DNA from: a virus
DNA: 64,000 nucleotides
Direction: 5' to 3' (one strand)
IMG/VR virus record: IMGVR_UViG_3300036770_006434
Coordinates: 32,001-96,000 of that record
Under the pieces are notes generated by a model that was not told the DNA's origin, ran no database searches, and worked only from the letters and a program-made list of their open reading frames with translations. Positions 61,608-64,000 of the stretch are shown here, piece after piece. The translations under genes were made by a program, and so were the position numbers. How positions within the stretch are numbered: the first letter of the stretch is position 1; the number at the start of each line of letters is the position of its first letter.

Positions 61608-62485
61608 GTGATTGCCTCAAGTTTTTTTACGCCCATAGTTACCCGCTCTACTCCGACCCGCAAATCTTTGTATCCGGCTTTATTCAAAAACACCAACCTT
61701 GAGACGGAAATCCTCAGGTAGTAAACCCAGAATCTGTTCTGCCAGTCTGTGTCGGAGACAATTTGCGCTGCCTGTTCTCCGTAGTAAAACGGCAAAATAC
61801 AATCCCAATTCCCGATCCAGCCGGGCCTAGTGAAAGCCGCCCAAGACACCAAGTCAAATACGGGGTCGCCGACCAGTGCGTCTTCCCAGTCTATGATAGC
61901 GGAGATTTCTCCGTTATGGAAAAAGACGTTCCTGTCATTCAGGTCGCCGTGAAGCAGGAATAGCGGGCGGTTTACGGTGGACTCTTGTTTGCAAAACGAC
62001 CGAATTGCAGAAAGGATTGCGTCGCCGCCCTCTTTGACGACCAGAGAGTTATCAACCAGATAGCTGATATTCTCTAAAACGTTGCTGATCAGGTATTCGG
62101 ACCATTTTTCGTGTCCACCTTTTATGGGTTCTGTCCCGTCTACTAACCCAGCGCCATCACCGGGAATAGCGTGGACCTTGGCCAGCAGGGCACCCAATTT
62201 TCTATATGCCATCGAACGCTGTTCCTGATCCAGTTTATCCAGACTCACGCCCTTGGCGCGATCCCAGACCTGATGCCCCAAATCCCCGTATTTGACGAAG
62301 ACTCCGTTCGGGACCGGAACCCCGGCTTCACGGAGTTTTGCGGCAATCTGTATTTCCCGCTTTAGGCCCGCATAGTTTTGGGTCAAAGTCCGTCGGTAGA
62401 AAAGACCGTAGCGTTCTTCCGTTTTGTTGCGGCAGACAGCGGGACCATCCGTTTTCAGGTGAAACAGCTGGCGATCAGTCTTCAT
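61604..62485 (-). CDS. APH/choline-kinase-family phosphotransferase
   Basis: E...G.PVP, LLHGDL...N, IIDWE.A..GDP..DL. Confidence 0.85.
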   Translation of the reverse strand: MKTDRQLFHLKTDGPAVCRNKTEERYGLFYRRTLTQNYAGLKREIQIAAKLREAGVPVPNGVFVKYGDLGHQVWDRAKGVSLDKLDQEQRSMAYRKLGALLAKVHAIPGDGAGLVDGTEPIKGGHEKWSEYLISNVLENISYLVDNSLVVKEGGDAILSAIRSFCKQESTVNRPLFLLHGDLNDRNVFFHNGEISAIIDWEDALVGDPVFDLVSWAAFTRPGWIGNWDCILPFYYGEQAAQIVSDTDWQNRFWVYYLRISVSRLVFLNKAGYKDLRVGVERVTMGVKKLEAIT

Positions 62486-63419
62486 GGGGATTCAGCCCAA
62501 AATCAGCCGCTTCATACCCCCATTCGACAAGTTGAAAATAGCACTCGGTTTCGATGGCTTTAGCCTGAATTAGTGATAGCTCTTGGGCGGTGGCGATATT
62601 AGCCTCTCTGGTCGCGCTCTTGATCGTGCCCCAAGGGTAGACTTGCGTAAGCGGAGTCCGATTGAAGGACGGCGCGGGGGTTTCGGCGAATCGGTCGAGG
62701 CCAATGTTCTCCATGACTCGGTTCAGTGTGCCGGCCGGACTTCTGACCAAGTCCTCATATCGAATCACATGGAAGCGGCCATGATACTTGATCTGGCAAA
62801 TCTTGGCGTGACTCTGAAACACGTTCCAGAGTTGACAATACTTCTCAAGCGACCAAGGGAACGGGCGCTTGATAGTATCTGAAAATCCAGACCACGGGTT
62901 ACGAGATACATAAATCATGTGCCCATCCGGGAAGTCTTGGAAGAACTTGTCAGCATCCATGTGAATGGCGGGGAGGTAGCCAACATAATGGGTCTCGCGA
63001 CCAGTCCGGGCGAAGTTCTTCCACGCTTCAAAGGTTGAGCGGAAGTAGGCTTCCACGTATCCGCGCCGTTGATAGGGGGCTTGGGCAGTATTGATAAAAG
63101 CCCGAATCCGATCCTTCTCATCCATCTCCATCCCGCAATCCTTGAACTTCGACCGATAGCGCGTGCGCAAGAACGTCTTGACCTCCTCGTCATAGAACAA
63201 ATGATAAGCCTGCTCCGGCGTTACTTCGGAATCAAACGACGGCCAAGCGTAGCGAAACGGGACTGCCGGCGTCAGGATATTCGCGGAATTCGGTGTGCCA
63301 AGCATGGATTCTGTTGGATACACCATGAGTTGAGGGTGGGAGTCGAGGTGGCGATGGGTGGTATTCCCGCCAGCTTCAAAAGTTGCCGACAACATGATAA
63401 GATTGAATTTATTTGACAT
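62475..63419 (-). CDS. sulfotransferase-family protein
   Basis: GG.TT..HLDSHP, I...RNPW...S, RYEDLV..P..TL. Confidence 0.75.
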   Translation of the reverse strand: MSNKFNLIMLSATFEAGGNTTHRHLDSHPQLMVYPTESMLGTPNSANILTPAVPFRYAWPSFDSEVTPEQAYHLFYDEEVKTFLRTRYRSKFKDCGMEMDEKDRIRAFINTAQAPYQRRGYVEAYFRSTFEAWKNFARTGRETHYVGYLPAIHMDADKFFQDFPDGHMIYVSRNPWSGFSDTIKRPFPWSLEKYCQLWNVFQSHAKICQIKYHGRFHVIRYEDLVRSPAGTLNRVMENIGLDRFAETPAPSFNRTPLTQVYPWGTIKSATREANIATAQELSLIQAKAIETECYFQLVEWGYEAADFGLNPHED

Positions 63420-64000
63420 AAATAGGTGATGGTGAATTATCTTTGAAATTGAGCTTTCTGTTTAGATTGTTTGATATGCAATAATTGTCATATGCTTTGG
63501 CCGCGTCTTCTTCTGTGTCAAACCGTCCTAAATAAATATTTCTGTCGTTTACTCTTATGCAGCCATTCCAAGTATTTCTACGCTTGTCAAGTTGAACGCC
63601 TACGAATTTACTGGAACTTTTCCTTGTTTTGGCCGTTGACAACGCCTTTTTCGCGCTTTCAATCTCTTCTGGGGATGCGTCTTGTATATTTAAGACCACA
63701 ACTTCGTTGGGATACAAAACCGACATGTATAAATCTCTAATTAAAGCAGCCTCTCTTGCTGAATCTGTGTAGCAAATCGTTTTTGGTTTATTGTTTATGG
63801 AGACACGCGCAATATAGCGTGTTTTGCCTTCAAATCTTTTGTCTATTGACACCCCAATGTAACCGGTTGTATTTTTGTCTGTTTTGCCTTTGTTCAAGGC
63901 GTTTTGCAACGCGTTTACCTTTCTTAAATTGGTGATTTTGTTATTTAGCCTGTTTCTGTCAATGTGATCTATGAAACCAGACTCAATCGGGCCATAAACC
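63409..64000 (-). CDS. HNH-AP2 homing endonuclease (5' end outside the window)
   Basis: the frame continues to the window edge with IDHIDRNRLNN.I.NLR; followed by two AP2-like repeats. Confidence 0.85.
   Translation of the reverse strand, partial: VYGPIESGFIDHIDRNRLNNKITNLRKVNALQNALNKGKTDKNTTGYIGVSIDKRFEGKTRYIARVSINNKPKTICYTDSAREAALIRDLYMSVLYPNEVVVLNIQDASPEEIESAKKALSTAKTRKSSSKFVGVQLDKRRNTWNGCIRVNDRNIYLGRFDTEEDAAKAYDNYCISNNLNRKLNFKDNSPSPIYVK

Overview
This is a 64-kb segment of a large dsDNA bacteriophage genome. Nearly all genes lie on the minus strand, densely packed with ATGA-type overlaps. The host may be a Verrucomicrobia/Opitutaceae-like bacterium, inferred only from one apparently captured rfaE2-type gene. 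Layout: (1) 1-9.7 kb, small accessory ORFs including a Dam-type MTase, an RfaE2 adenylyltransferase, a SLOG protein, DUF5662 and a thaumatin-like protein. (2) 9.85-11.9 kb, a 608-aa TnpB/Cas12f-like RuvC protein followed after 14 bp by a mini CRISPR array (3 x 36-bp repeats, 33- and 34-bp spacers), with no cas1/cas2 or transposase. This is the best candidate for an undescribed system. (3) 12.8-20.3 kb, about 25 tRNA/tRNA-like genes, many non-canonical, mixed with stem-closed ncRNA candidates and phosphatase-type ORFs. (4) 23-46 kb, replication, recombination and nucleotide genes: split DnaE with a mini-intein, DnaQ-like exonuclease, primase, DnaB, RecA-like protein, dUTPase, intein-containing ThyX, and an overprinted C5 methyltransferase locus. 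(5) 46-64 kb, gmd, NrdAB and a glycan synthesis/modification cluster. All calls come from reading motifs by eye; no database searches or folding programs were run.
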